Source: a virus (Duplodnaviria > Caudoviricetes). From it: a stretch of 29,383 nt of DNA. The stretch is from IMG/VR virus record IMGVR_UViG_3300020042_006910, positions 1-29,383 of that record, one strand, 5' to 3'. The notes under the pieces were generated by a model. It made no database searches. It worked only from the letters and a program-made list of their open reading frames with translations, and had not been told where the DNA came from. Position numbers and translations under genes: made by a program. The first letter of the stretch is position 1. Each line of letters starts with the position of its first letter. Shown piece by piece: positions 7,754-15,392 of this stretch.

Positions 7754-8071
7754 TTAGTTCAACTCCCCCATAATCGCCCGCAACATCCTGCAAAGCGGCT
7801 TGTCCTGTTTCATCGTAGACATGGCGGATTCAGCGTTGTATGTGATGCTTTCACTCCAGCTGGTTTGGCGGATAATCTCCATCCGTCCCATTCCCTGCTC
7901 CCTGGCATAGACGCAAGCCAGCCAGCGCAATCGACAGGCCAGATAGTATTTCTCGCGGCCAAGGATCGTCATGTGGGATTGGCTTGGATGCATGATGATG
8001 GATTCCTCGATGCCGCTGATTTTGGCAGCGACTCGGATGAATTCGGTTATTGGATTGGCTGTCGTTGTCAT
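7754..8071 (-). CDS. Hypothetical protein, possibly DnaA C-terminal-like HTH
   Basis: Helical pattern RWLACVYAREQGMGRMEIIRQTSWSESITYNA loosely resembles DnaA domain IV. Confidence 0.5.
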   Translation of the reverse strand: MTTTANPITEFIRVAAKISGIEESIIMHPSQSHMTILGREKYYLACRLRWLACVYAREQGMGRMEIIRQTSWSESITYNAESAMSTMKQDKPLCRMLRAIMGELN

Positions 8072-8478
8072 TGTTTTGTTGGTAGAGTGTTTTCCTGCTC
8101 GTTCTGCATCGCGGAAAGCGCGTTCATGATTGTCTGGGTGACGCTCGTTAGGTTGTGCTTGATCCGATCCTGCGGCCTGAAATGAAAGGCGGTGAATTGC
8201 AAAACCCTCCAGCCGTATCCAATCGCGCTGTTAATCTTTTCGGCGTCATTGGTTAGTCCTTTGATGCTGGAATGTCCGCTTTGTCCAAACTTGTCAACAA
8301 ACCCTGCATGCCCGTTGTATTCCAATCCCAACTTGATCGACGGAACCGCATAGTCGAAACGCCAGCGTCGGACAGGGTGGAACTTGTATTCAAGCTGAAT
8401 CAACTCTTCTCCAAATATCGTCACCAGCGCAAGTTTCAGCGCGGCTTTATTGGCGTCTCCTGGCTTGGTTTTGGTCAT
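8068..8478 (-). CDS. Vsr/DUF559-like endonuclease
   Basis: EYKFHPVRRWRFDYA, LEYNG, DAEKIN, GWRVLQFT. Confidence 0.8.
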   Translation of the reverse strand: MTKTKPGDANKAALKLALVTIFGEELIQLEYKFHPVRRWRFDYAVPSIKLGLEYNGHAGFVDKFGQSGHSSIKGLTNDAEKINSAIGYGWRVLQFTAFHFRPQDRIKHNLTSVTQTIMNALSAMQNEQENTLPTKQ

Positions 8479-8645
8479 GGCTTTTTGTAGTTTGTCAGTT
8501 TCATCCCGCGCCGCTCCATCTCTTCACGGACCCGCTGGAATTGGTTTTGTTGCTCGGTTGTCATTCTCTTGCCGGATTTCAGTAGGGCGGAATGGATGCC
8601 GGCTAGGGTTTTTTTGCTGTATTGGCGGTAGGTGAAGACTTCCAT
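8475..8645 (-). CDS. Hypothetical 56-aa protein
   Basis: In-frame ATG at 8645 just after the exonuclease stop, GGAGG upstream, ATGA-coupled downstream. Confidence 0.55.
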   Translation of the reverse strand: MEVFTYRQYSKKTLAGIHSALLKSGKRMTTEQQNQFQRVREEMERRGMKLTNYKKP

Positions 8646-8649
8646 TGAA

Positions 8650-9516
8650 TCACGACTGACCTCCCTCCAAATACGCATATTCCGGCAGGTCCAACTCAAC
8701 ATCCCCGTCCCAAATCGACGGCCAGACATTGCGCTCTAAGCAATCTGCAAACCGCGCCATCCCGACCCGGAATAGATCCGCGCCAAACGAAATGGCGGCA
8801 AACGGAAGGGAAATAACAGCAACCCGAAACGGCGGCTTTGATGTGACGAAAATGAACTTGAAGCCGATGTAATCCCTGCCGCTCACAAGGCTCATTCCTT
8901 GGCAATAGCTCCCAGCTTGAATGTGATAGCTCCAGTCGAAGATGTGCCGCTGCAATGACCGCCTGGATTCCAACGCGCTCGGCTCGCACGTTTTGATGTC
9001 AACCAGCGTGTCGTCGTATCCTTCGGGGATAATGTCTATCAGTCCCTTTGCTCCAAACGGGTATTTCGTTTCATGCCTAAACGCGACCTGCTTTTGCGAT
9101 CCGTAAATCAGCCTGTTTGCTTCAGGATGGGACATGACGGCGGCGAGTTGGCTTTCGGCCAGATCAAGGTCGGACTGCTTCAGGATGTTGAATCCGTTCG
9201 CTTCCATATCATTCCGCCATGCCTTGCTTTCGTTTGTCCTAAATTCATCGTATGGCGAAATGACGTAACGACTCGGAAACTCTTCTGGTTCCGTCAGCAA
9301 GCAATCAAACAAGCTCCCGCCCTTCATGGCTTTCGTCGCTGCCTTTTTCCCGGATTGTTTCCATGCGCCAGGATCAGGGATAAAGTCGGTGATTAGGGAT
9401 TTGCTAACCGACTTGCCCTTGACCGTTTCCCATGTGTCGGACTGCGTAATATCGCAAGCCCGATATGTCTCAAACGGGACTCCGTGGTGTATTCCTTGTT
9501 CCGGCCAAGTGTTCAT
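8650..9516 (-). CDS. RecE/exonuclease VIII-like PD-(D/E)XK nuclease (DUF3799 type)
   Basis: SVSKSLI, KGLIDII...LVDIKT, YHIQAGSY, FIFVTSKPPF, WPS motifs. Confidence 0.88.
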   Translation of the reverse strand: MNTWPEQGIHHGVPFETYRACDITQSDTWETVKGKSVSKSLITDFIPDPGAWKQSGKKAATKAMKGGSLFDCLLTEPEEFPSRYVISPYDEFRTNESKAWRNDMEANGFNILKQSDLDLAESQLAAVMSHPEANRLIYGSQKQVAFRHETKYPFGAKGLIDIIPEGYDDTLVDIKTCEPSALESRRSLQRHIFDWSYHIQAGSYCQGMSLVSGRDYIGFKFIFVTSKPPFRVAVISLPFAAISFGADLFRVGMARFADCLERNVWPSIWDGDVELDLPEYAYLEGGQS

Positions 9517-9854
9517 GGTTGTTCCTCCTTTCCCAAATGCTCAACCCGTCCCGGCATGTCTGGCATATTGCCGCTTGTAAGATCGGACGTGTGATAGATT
9601 CTACCGTTCCATTCAGCCCATCGCTTTTTAGAGTTAAGGCGCAAATACTCCGCAAATTCCCAAGCGTCGTTAAACCACTTGCCGCCTTCGCTCATCTCAA
9701 CGTCAGCGCAGGTGATTTTGTTGGCGGCAATAAACTCACGCGAAAGCGCGTCTGCCCTCGCGGTTTTCAGTTCTTCCATCCGTCGAATCATCGGATTCAG
9801 GTCTATTTGCAACTTGCCAATTTCCGCTTTCAATATCTCGGATTGAAGACTCAT
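9513..9854 (-). CDS. Hypothetical 113-aa protein flanked by 17-bp direct repeats
   Basis: Start reassigned to ATG 9854 (AGGAGG RBS, ATGA overlap). Confidence 0.7.
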   Translation of the reverse strand: MSLQSEILKAEIGKLQIDLNPMIRRMEELKTARADALSREFIAANKITCADVEMSEGGKWFNDAWEFAEYLRLNSKKRWAEWNGRIYHTSDLTSGNMPDMPGRVEHLGKEEQP

Positions 9855-9867
9855 GGCTGTTCCTCCT
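9513..9867 (-). repeat. 17-bp direct repeat AGGAGGAACA(A/G)CCATGA
   Basis: Copies at 9513-9529 and 9851-9867, one mismatch. Confidence 0.8.
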
Positions 9868-10264
9868 GCTTTGTTGTCATTTGTTCCCGTTTGGCTTTGA
9901 GTAACGCCGGATCGGGTTTTGCCAGAAGTCTCAAACCGCAAACAGTCTCGCCTCCAGCGGGGTTTCTAATGCCGTCCTTGACGTAGATTTTGACGCGCTT
10001 TCCGACCCAGTCCTTGACCGACGCTCCAAACGCTGCGGCAAGGGTTTTGCGATTGGTCGCGTTCAAGACCATACGCTTCGGTTTGTTGTTAAACCCAATG
10101 CTAAAGAAGTCCTTTTTCTTCCCGTCCTGCATGACCTCGTTGTCGTTTTCATAGACTCCCGAAATGGTCAACTCGACTTCTCCAAGGCCGATAAAGTCCT
10201 CAGATGCCAGAAATTTACTGGCAACCTTCATCTGTCCTACGGTCCCTTCAAATGGCTTTTCCAT
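9851..10264 (-). CDS. Conserved phage protein in the recombination module, putative ssDNA-binding/annealing factor
   Basis: SKFLASED, MVLNATN, WVGKRVKI pattern; position next to a RecE-like exonuclease; function inferred from context. Confidence 0.6.
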   Translation of the reverse strand: MEKPFEGTVGQMKVASKFLASEDFIGLGEVELTISGVYENDNEVMQDGKKKDFFSIGFNNKPKRMVLNATNRKTLAAAFGASVKDWVGKRVKIYVKDGIRNPAGGETVCGLRLLAKPDPALLKAKREQMTTKQEEQP

Positions 10265-10276
10265 GGCTTTAGTTGG

Positions 10277-11368
10277 TTAGAGTTTGGCGGTTTGGGATTC
10301 AATCCACTTTGCAAAGGATTCGACTTTTTGGGAAATCTCAACTGCAACCGTTTTCGATTCCTCGCTTTGAACTTGCGGAACGGCCAGGCTTCGGATCATG
10401 GCGGCAAATCCCATTAGCTTTGCCTTATCCGGTGCGGCAGCGGCTTTCTTGGCGGCTTCTGCTTCCGCCTTTTCCTTGGCGATTCGAGCGGCCTCAATGT
10501 CAGCTAGTCGCTTTGCTTCAGCGTCTCGCAATGCCTTTGCCTCCCGTTCGGCTTTCTCCCGCGCCTCCGCTTCGGCTTTGGCTTTAGCCTCGATTGCAGC
10601 GCGTTGTTTGCGGGCAGACTCTTCGGCGGCAAGTCTAGCTGCTTCAGCTTTCTTGCGCTCGGCAGCGGCAGCGGCTTCGATCTTGGCCCGCTCTTTCTCA
10701 GCGGCTTCACGTTCGGCTTTCATTGCCGCTTCCCGCGCCTCGGCCTCGGTTTTAAGGCGGATGTTCTCCAACCGTTGCGCCTCGCGTTCAGCGGCTACCT
10801 TGGCCTCGCGTTCAGCGCGTTCGGTGGCTTCTTTCTGCTCGCGTTCGATTCTATCCGCCTCGGCTTTAGCGGCGGCGGTAGCTTTCGTTTCGTGGAGAAG
10901 TTTCGCGCCTGCCAGGTATTCCGTGAACTGAATTTCCGACAGGTCGCCAAGCGGCGGAATTGGGAATCCCTCCTCGACGTATGGCCGAACCGCCTCCAGT
11001 CGTTCTGTGGCGCGGGCGATGCGCTCGGCGGCAATCCGTCGTTCTTCGGCTTTTTCGATTGCCTCGCATTGTTGCTCCAGCGGAACCACAAGAGCAAGGA
11101 AGATGTTATTTGCGCCGTCGATGGCTTTCGACATGCGGAGATATTGCGCCTTGTTTTCGACTCGGACGGCATCGGCTCCGGTGCGTAGTTTGACTAGCGT
11201 TAGCCTTGCTGCTCTCGCCTCTTTCGGGTCGGTGATGTTCGCCACCTTGTCCTTCCATTCGGCGGCTTGCTGGAAAAATCCAGAAAAGGCGGCTTCGATA
11301 GACGTTTTTGCGGCAGGTTCAAGTCCGGCAGATTGCGGGACGATTTCAAATGTCATTGTTTCAGTCAT
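10277..11368 (-). CDS. Long Ala/Glu/Lys/Arg-rich coiled-coil protein
   Basis: 363 aa with extended EAAAK-like runs; typical position upstream of phage recombination genes. Confidence 0.8.
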   Translation of the reverse strand: MTETMTFEIVPQSAGLEPAAKTSIEAAFSGFFQQAAEWKDKVANITDPKEARAARLTLVKLRTGADAVRVENKAQYLRMSKAIDGANNIFLALVVPLEQQCEAIEKAEERRIAAERIARATERLEAVRPYVEEGFPIPPLGDLSEIQFTEYLAGAKLLHETKATAAAKAEADRIEREQKEATERAEREAKVAAEREAQRLENIRLKTEAEAREAAMKAEREAAEKERAKIEAAAAAERKKAEAARLAAEESARKQRAAIEAKAKAEAEAREKAEREAKALRDAEAKRLADIEAARIAKEKAEAEAAKKAAAAPDKAKLMGFAAMIRSLAVPQVQSEESKTVAVEISQKVESFAKWIESQTAKL

Positions 11369-11531
11369 TGTGTTTGTTGGTTAGTTTCTCTCTTCGGTAA
11401 ATCTCTTCTCTTGCCAGTTGCCGCCGCTTCTCAAGCCAGCTTTGATCTCGCCGGTCAATCGCGCTCGCGGTGTTGACGATCCCGAATAGCGTGTCGTCAC
11501 TGTAGCTGGCGATGATTTCGGATGCGGTCAT
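11361..11531 (-). CDS. Hypothetical 56-aa protein (not in ORF track)
   Basis: MTASEIIASYSDDTLFGIVN...; ATGA overlap upstream, fills the gap to the next gene. Confidence 0.55.
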   Translation of the reverse strand: MTASEIIASYSDDTLFGIVNTASAIDRRDQSWLEKRRQLAREEIYRREKLTNKHND

Positions 11532-11836
11532 TCGATTACCTCGCGGACGTGAATTGTCTCAATCGCCTCTTTTGCTCTTGAAGTTTTCGCAGCTTCTTCC
11601 GTCGTATAAAAATAAAAGTTGCCGTTGCCGTGAACGTTGCCCCAAAACTCCCTTGGCTTCGGCGGCTCGGGTTTGATGCGGTATGATTTAGGCTGTCGAT
11701 TAAACACTGGCTCTGGAAGGTCAATCCAATCATATCGGGCAGGAGGAACCGTCGTGTAATTGTTTTCCTGAATCATTTTCCCCTCCGCAAGTGCTTGAAC
11801 GAGCGGCAAATATAAATGCGCGTTTTCTTTTGTCAT
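11528..11836 (-). CDS. Hypothetical phage protein
   Basis: 102 aa, QALAEGKMIQ...YRIKPEPPKPREFW pattern frequent in phage early regions. Confidence 0.75.
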   Translation of the reverse strand: MTKENAHLYLPLVQALAEGKMIQENNYTTVPPARYDWIDLPEPVFNRQPKSYRIKPEPPKPREFWGNVHGNGNFYFYTTEEAAKTSRAKEAIETIHVREVIE

Positions 11837-11844
11837 TGGTTTGT

Positions 11845-12105
11845 TTAGTTGTCAGGTTCTTCAATCGGGCAACGGCTGGCTTTCATGTCGTCGTGGTCCT
11901 GGGCTTCCTTGGCGTGGATTGGCATACATCGGCAGCAGGTGTCTTCTAGGCAATCAACGTCAAACAATACGTTCAGCATCGCTCTTTTAATTTCCGATCC
12001 GGTGCGGGACTGATGGGTAAAGTCTGGCATGATTCGCTCTCCAATAAGGTCAAATGGACTACCGCAATACCGGCAAACAAAATGGAATGTAGGGGTTAGT
12101 GTCAT
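11845..12105 (-). CDS. Hypothetical Zn-finger-like protein
   Basis: CRYCG ... CCRC. Confidence 0.65.
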   Translation of the reverse strand: MTLTPTFHFVCRYCGSPFDLIGERIMPDFTHQSRTGSEIKRAMLNVLFDVDCLEDTCCRCMPIHAKEAQDHDDMKASRCPIEEPDN

Positions 12106-12290
12106 AGCTTTCCTTTCTCAACTGCTTCTGCTAGTTCTTGCCGCAGTCTGTCGCACTTCCGTAGATTGCGAAGATGCCGGTGAATCAGTCGTTCATTGCG
12201 CCGATCCTGATTTAGAAGCGTTGTCGAAACCTCAGCTTCGGCTACTGCATCCGCAAATCGGGCGGCGAGTCTCTCGACGTTCAAAGTCAT
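12102..12290 (-). CDS. Hypothetical 62-aa helical protein
   Basis: Start reassigned to ATG 12290 (ATGA overlap). Confidence 0.6.
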   Translation of the reverse strand: MTLNVERLAARFADAVAEAEVSTTLLNQDRRNERLIHRHLRNLRKCDRLRQELAEAVEKGKL

Positions 12291-12622
12291 GGCTCGTTTG
12301 TTTTGGCAGCGTGGAATGCCGCGATGATTAGGACAGCAAACACGATACCGATTGCCGTCCAGAACAGCCACTTGGCGACGTTCGGAAACGACTCAGCGGT
12401 CATCCAGATTATTAACATCGTGATGTGACCCGACCCGATATAAACGAACATCCGGCCTAGGTCGAGGTGACGTTCGTTTGTGAACTTGTCAACGGCATCC
12501 GCTTGCTTCGTGCGCTTGTCGGTTCGGTCGTTGATGGCCCGCAAAAACTCCAAGTCTCGTTTCAATTCGGCGGCGGATTTCTCGGTTGCGCGGCGGGGAT
12601 GGTGGCGGATGTCTTGTCTCAT
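12287..12622 (-). CDS. Hypothetical membrane protein, two C-terminal TM segments
   Basis: MFVYIGSGHITMLIIWM and WLFWTAIGIVFAVLIIAAF. Confidence 0.7.
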   Translation of the reverse strand: MRQDIRHHPRRATEKSAAELKRDLEFLRAINDRTDKRTKQADAVDKFTNERHLDLGRMFVYIGSGHITMLIIWMTAESFPNVAKWLFWTAIGIVFAVLIIAAFHAAKTNEP

Positions 12623-12732
12623 GGTTCGGTTGCTTTCAGTGTTGGTTCAATATCGAATGTCGCGTGATTCTCGCAATAGACCGCGAGGACGATCAGCACG
12701 AGTAAGGCGGCTAGGGTTAGGATTGGTTTCAT
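12619..12732 (-). CDS. 37-aa single-TM peptide
   Basis: MKPILTLAALLVLIVLAVYCENH...; start at ATG 12732 by ATGA overlap. Confidence 0.55.
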   Translation of the reverse strand: MKPILTLAALLVLIVLAVYCENHATFDIEPTLKATEP

Positions 12733-12908
12733 AATTCTCTCACAAATTTGACCTTGCCACTCAGCATCTCGCCTTCCATTGCGGCAAGTCGGTCGGCGGT
12801 TTCGCGGGTGTAATCCCATCTAGTGATCGTCATGCCCCGGAAAAATCCGGTTGTGACTTGGTAAATGAACCTGCGTCTGACAGGCTCGGCGGCGGCTGTT
12901 TCGGTCAT
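12729..12908 (-). CDS. Hypothetical 59-aa protein (not in ORF track)
   Basis: MTETAAAEPVRRRFIYQVTTGFFRG...; ATGA overlaps at both ends. Confidence 0.6.
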   Translation of the reverse strand: MTETAAAEPVRRRFIYQVTTGFFRGMTITRWDYTRETADRLAAMEGEMLSGKVKFVREL

Positions 12909-13096
12909 GGCTCAAATCCTTTCGTTGGCCGTGGACTCAGCTTCCAGACAGTATGCCCGCAATGCCGGCACACGGCGTTCTCTGCGCCTTCCAGCCAGCT
13001 ATGGTAGCAAAGGTCCATCCGCTTCCGGGTAAACGTCGCATGGCCCCTCTCGGAGTAACGGACGAGCTTGTGACTGACTGGCGCGGTCATTTTCAT
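12905..13096 (-). CDS. Hypothetical protein with CxHxW...CxxCG motif
   Basis: LCYHSW...VCRHCG; ATGA overlaps at both ends. Confidence 0.6.
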   Translation of the reverse strand: MKMTAPVSHKLVRYSERGHATFTRKRMDLCYHSWLEGAENAVCRHCGHTVWKLSPRPTKGFEP

Positions 13097-13239
13097 AGCG
13101 TCTTGCGTAGTGCCAGGGTGATGACCCCGGAAAGTGAATTATCCGTTGCGGTTGCCTTGGCGCGAGCCTTGGCGGTGAGATCAGCGGGAAGGCTGACCGA
13201 TACTTTTTCCCGTTTGCGGGGTGCTGGTTTTGTTTTCAT
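13093..13239 (-). CDS. Ribbon-helix-helix (Arc/CopG-like) DNA-binding protein, 48 aa (not in ORF track)
   Basis: MKTKPAPRKREKVSVSLPADLTAKARAKATATDNSLSGVITLALRKTL: alternating strand KVSVSL, helix, SLSxVI helix; ATGA overlaps at both ends. Confidence 0.75.
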   Translation of the reverse strand: MKTKPAPRKREKVSVSLPADLTAKARAKATATDNSLSGVITLALRKTL

Positions 13240-13430
13240 GGTTCGAATCTTTCAATGACGGTAAAATATCCATCCGAGTTGCGACCCCAAATGGCAAACG
13301 ACTCCGGGCAAAAGTCATTCTCGGTTGCGTTTTTCATGTAGCTGGCGGCAATTTCGCGAGCTTCGGCAAATGTCGCCAGCTCGCCCATTGGCAGGTAGCT
13401 ACCGTCGCAGTTTTCGGCAATTAGGATCAT
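13236..13430 (-). CDS. Hypothetical protein
   Basis: 64-aa ORF, ATGA-coupled downstream. Confidence 0.65.
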   Translation of the reverse strand: MILIAENCDGSYLPMGELATFAEAREIAASYMKNATENDFCPESFAIWGRNSDGYFTVIERFEP

Positions 13431-13475
13431 GGTCGTATTGGTTAAGGTTGCGGGGATCGAACCCGCTGGAGTGGG

Positions 13476-13622
13476 TTAGGCGTTCCACTTGGCTTTTTCG
13501 GATTCCAAGTGAGCTTGTGCGCTTTCTGCACGTTTGGCGGTTTCGGCATCACGAACAGCTTGAATTTGAGCAATGGCAAATGCGCGAGCTTCGGCGTTTT
13601 GTTGGGCAGTGGTGTTGGACAT
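13476..13622 (-). CDS. 48-aa Ala-rich helical peptide, probably leaderless (not in ORF track)
   Basis: MSNTTAQQNAEARAFAIAQIQAVRDAETAKRAESAQAHLESEKAKWNA; ATG lies 6 nt after a candidate -10 box. Confidence 0.6.
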   Translation of the reverse strand: MSNTTAQQNAEARAFAIAQIQAVRDAETAKRAESAQAHLESEKAKWNA

Positions 13623-13628
13623 GCGCAG

Positions 13629-13691
13629 ACCTTGCCCGATCCCCCGACAAACCGCAAGAGAAAAGTAGGATAAAATCCGACTTTATCCGAC
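13629..13691 (-). promoter_or_regulatory. Candidate early promoter with upstream operator-like palindrome
   Basis: TTGCGG (13657-13652), 17 nt, CAAGGT (13634-13629); GGATAAA-N7-TTTATCC at 13668-13688; ATCCGAC repeated at 13675 and 13685. Confidence 0.45.
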
Positions 13692-13763
13692 CCGCCTTTG
13701 CACGGGTTTGATTTTCAGCGAGTTACAACGGAATAAATTAGAGGGTTGCCGTCGGTTTTAGGC

Positions 13764-14279
13764 TCAAACGGTGAACCGAATCCGGGCTTTGACCTCCCCG
13801 ATGTGGCGGGTTTTGCCAATCACGATAGTTCCCTCGCGGCTCCCGGCGACGTTACTGTTTCCCTCAACGGTTTTGAAGTGGTTTGACCCGTCAACGCCGC
13901 TTGTGGCAATCCCGATGTGCGAGAATTTGTAGACAATCAAATCACCCCTAACAATGTCCCGGCCCGGACCCCGCTTTGTCCATGTTGAATTGTCCTGCTC
14001 TACCGACCACCGCTCGAAATCCCATGCTCCCGGTGTCGTTGGCCGCTTGAACGTCCAGATTTTTCCGCCTTCCTCCATCGCAAGTTGAACGATTCGACAA
14101 ACGAATGCCGCGCACCACGGATAACCGTCGTCTCCCGGCTTGTTTCCGTTAGGGTCGTAATCGTCGGCGTCGAAAAACTCTTGAATCTGCGGCCCCTTGT
14201 TTGATCCGCTCGGAGACTCCTTTAGTCCGACTTTTGATTCTGCTATGGTTGCGATGATTTCGGGTAGGATTGCGCTCAT
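13764..14279 (-). CDS. Endolysin, CHAP domain
   Basis: PWCAAFV (catalytic Cys), GDLIVY, SHIGI (His), TVEGN; last gene of the late operon. Confidence 0.88.
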   Translation of the reverse strand: MSAILPEIIATIAESKVGLKESPSGSNKGPQIQEFFDADDYDPNGNKPGDDGYPWCAAFVCRIVQLAMEEGGKIWTFKRPTTPGAWDFERWSVEQDNSTWTKRGPGRDIVRGDLIVYKFSHIGIATSGVDGSNHFKTVEGNSNVAGSREGTIVIGKTRHIGEVKARIRFTV

Positions 14280-14280
14280 G

Positions 14281-14658
14281 TTATTTGGCTGGTGATTTGA
14301 ATGATGATCCGCCGCAGAACCGGACGGCTTGATAGATGATTCCCCGGCGATACCAAGGGACTCCGACGTTATACATCGCTTCCTTGAATATCAGATCCGA
14401 TTCGCCACGGGTGAAGATGGTGTTGCCGGTCGAATACAGGAAATCGTGGACAACCGCGGCGTAGAAGTAATCGCCAAACGGCCCCATGATGTTCCAGAAC
14501 ATTTGAGGGATTGATGCGCCGTCTGTCTCAAATCCGCTAGGGACATAGACGCAACCGAATGACGAGAGGCAACGGAATTGCCCTGTCAATCGAAAGATCC
14601 GCGATGACCCGCGCATGCCGGCATCCTCGAAAGTCAGCTTGTCAGGAAATACGATCAT
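14281..14658 (-). CDS. DUF1353 family protein
   Basis: VPSGFETDGASIP, AAVVHDFLY, SDLIFKEAM, YQAVR; start reassigned to ATG 14658. Confidence 0.88.
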   Translation of the reverse strand: MIVFPDKLTFEDAGMRGSSRIFRLTGQFRCLSSFGCVYVPSGFETDGASIPQMFWNIMGPFGDYFYAAVVHDFLYSTGNTIFTRGESDLIFKEAMYNVGVPWYRRGIIYQAVRFCGGSSFKSPAK

Positions 14659-15086
14659 GCCGGGAAAAACGAAACGTCGATTACTTCGCCTTCGAGATCC
14701 GGCCATTGAACGGTTGCTTCTCCTGGTCCTGCAAACTCGGCGTAATGTAGCTGATGCGGTTGGGAGGTGTAGGTTTCCCTTGGCAGCAAGGCCCGCTTCT
14801 CCCCGCCCACGCCGTAAAACAGAACGCCAGACTCAGCAATGAGGATCTCCGCGCTTTGGTGTTCGTGGTATCCGATGATGGATTTGCCCGGCCCTAATGC
14901 CCGAAACCGGACCTTTTTTCCTTGGCTTGTCGGCTCGGATTTCCACAAGACCGGATCGCCAGTCGATAGGTGAAAGCGTTCGTATTCGGCCCCCGGCAGC
15001 GGCAGGTCTAACCGGATCGGATCGGCGGCAGCTTTCACCACGCTCATCGCTCGCTCAATCGCTTCTTGGACTGCTTTCAGGCTCAT
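14655..15086 (-). CDS. Cupin-domain protein
   Basis: HEHQSAE motif 1 and PHQLH motif 2; start reassigned to ATG 15086 (ATGA overlap). Confidence 0.75.
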   Translation of the reverse strand: MSLKAVQEAIERAMSVVKAAADPIRLDLPLPGAEYERFHLSTGDPVLWKSEPTSQGKKVRFRALGPGKSIIGYHEHQSAEILIAESGVLFYGVGGEKRALLPRETYTSQPHQLHYAEFAGPGEATVQWPDLEGEVIDVSFFPA

Positions 15087-15385
15087 GGGTGTTTCGGCGG
15101 CTTGGTGTTCTCGACGACTTGTGCGATGCCTTGTGTAATCTCCTTCAGAGCCATCGAATTGGCTGCGGTGATCGCGGAAATGTTTGTGATGCAAGCAACG
15201 GATTCGGTCGTAATCTTTTGAATTGTATCATCCTTTTTGGCAATGAGCGCGTCGTATTTGTCCACGACCGCCACGCCACGCTTGGCTTGCCACCAGTTAG
15301 CAATAGCCAGAACGACAACGGCGGCAGCGGGTCCGGCGAGCAAGGCTACCCATTCGGGTTGGGGGAGTGTTTCTGCTAGGGTCAT
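15083..15385 (-). CDS. Holin-like membrane protein
   Basis: One N-terminal TM (WVALLAGPAAAVVVLAIANWW) plus coiled coil, first gene of the lysis cassette. Confidence 0.55.
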   Translation of the reverse strand: MTLAETLPQPEWVALLAGPAAAVVVLAIANWWQAKRGVAVVDKYDALIAKKDDTIQKITTESVACITNISAITAANSMALKEITQGIAQVVENTKPPKHP

Positions 15386-15392
15386 AGGGGGA

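Noticed and set aside
10398-10931. Apparent tandem repeats in the Ala/Glu/Lys-rich gene
   Set aside because: Low-complexity coiled-coil coding; no fixed-length repeat-spacer pattern, so not CRISPR or a satellite
13439-13520. Complete tRNA gene
   Set aside because: Only the T-arm and 3' end geometry are present; no complementary 5' acceptor strand, D-arm or anticodon arm
13442-13657. 71-aa ORF from the track
   Set aside because: Starts on the TTG of the candidate -35 box; the 48-aa ORF 13476-13622 in another frame is more protein-like
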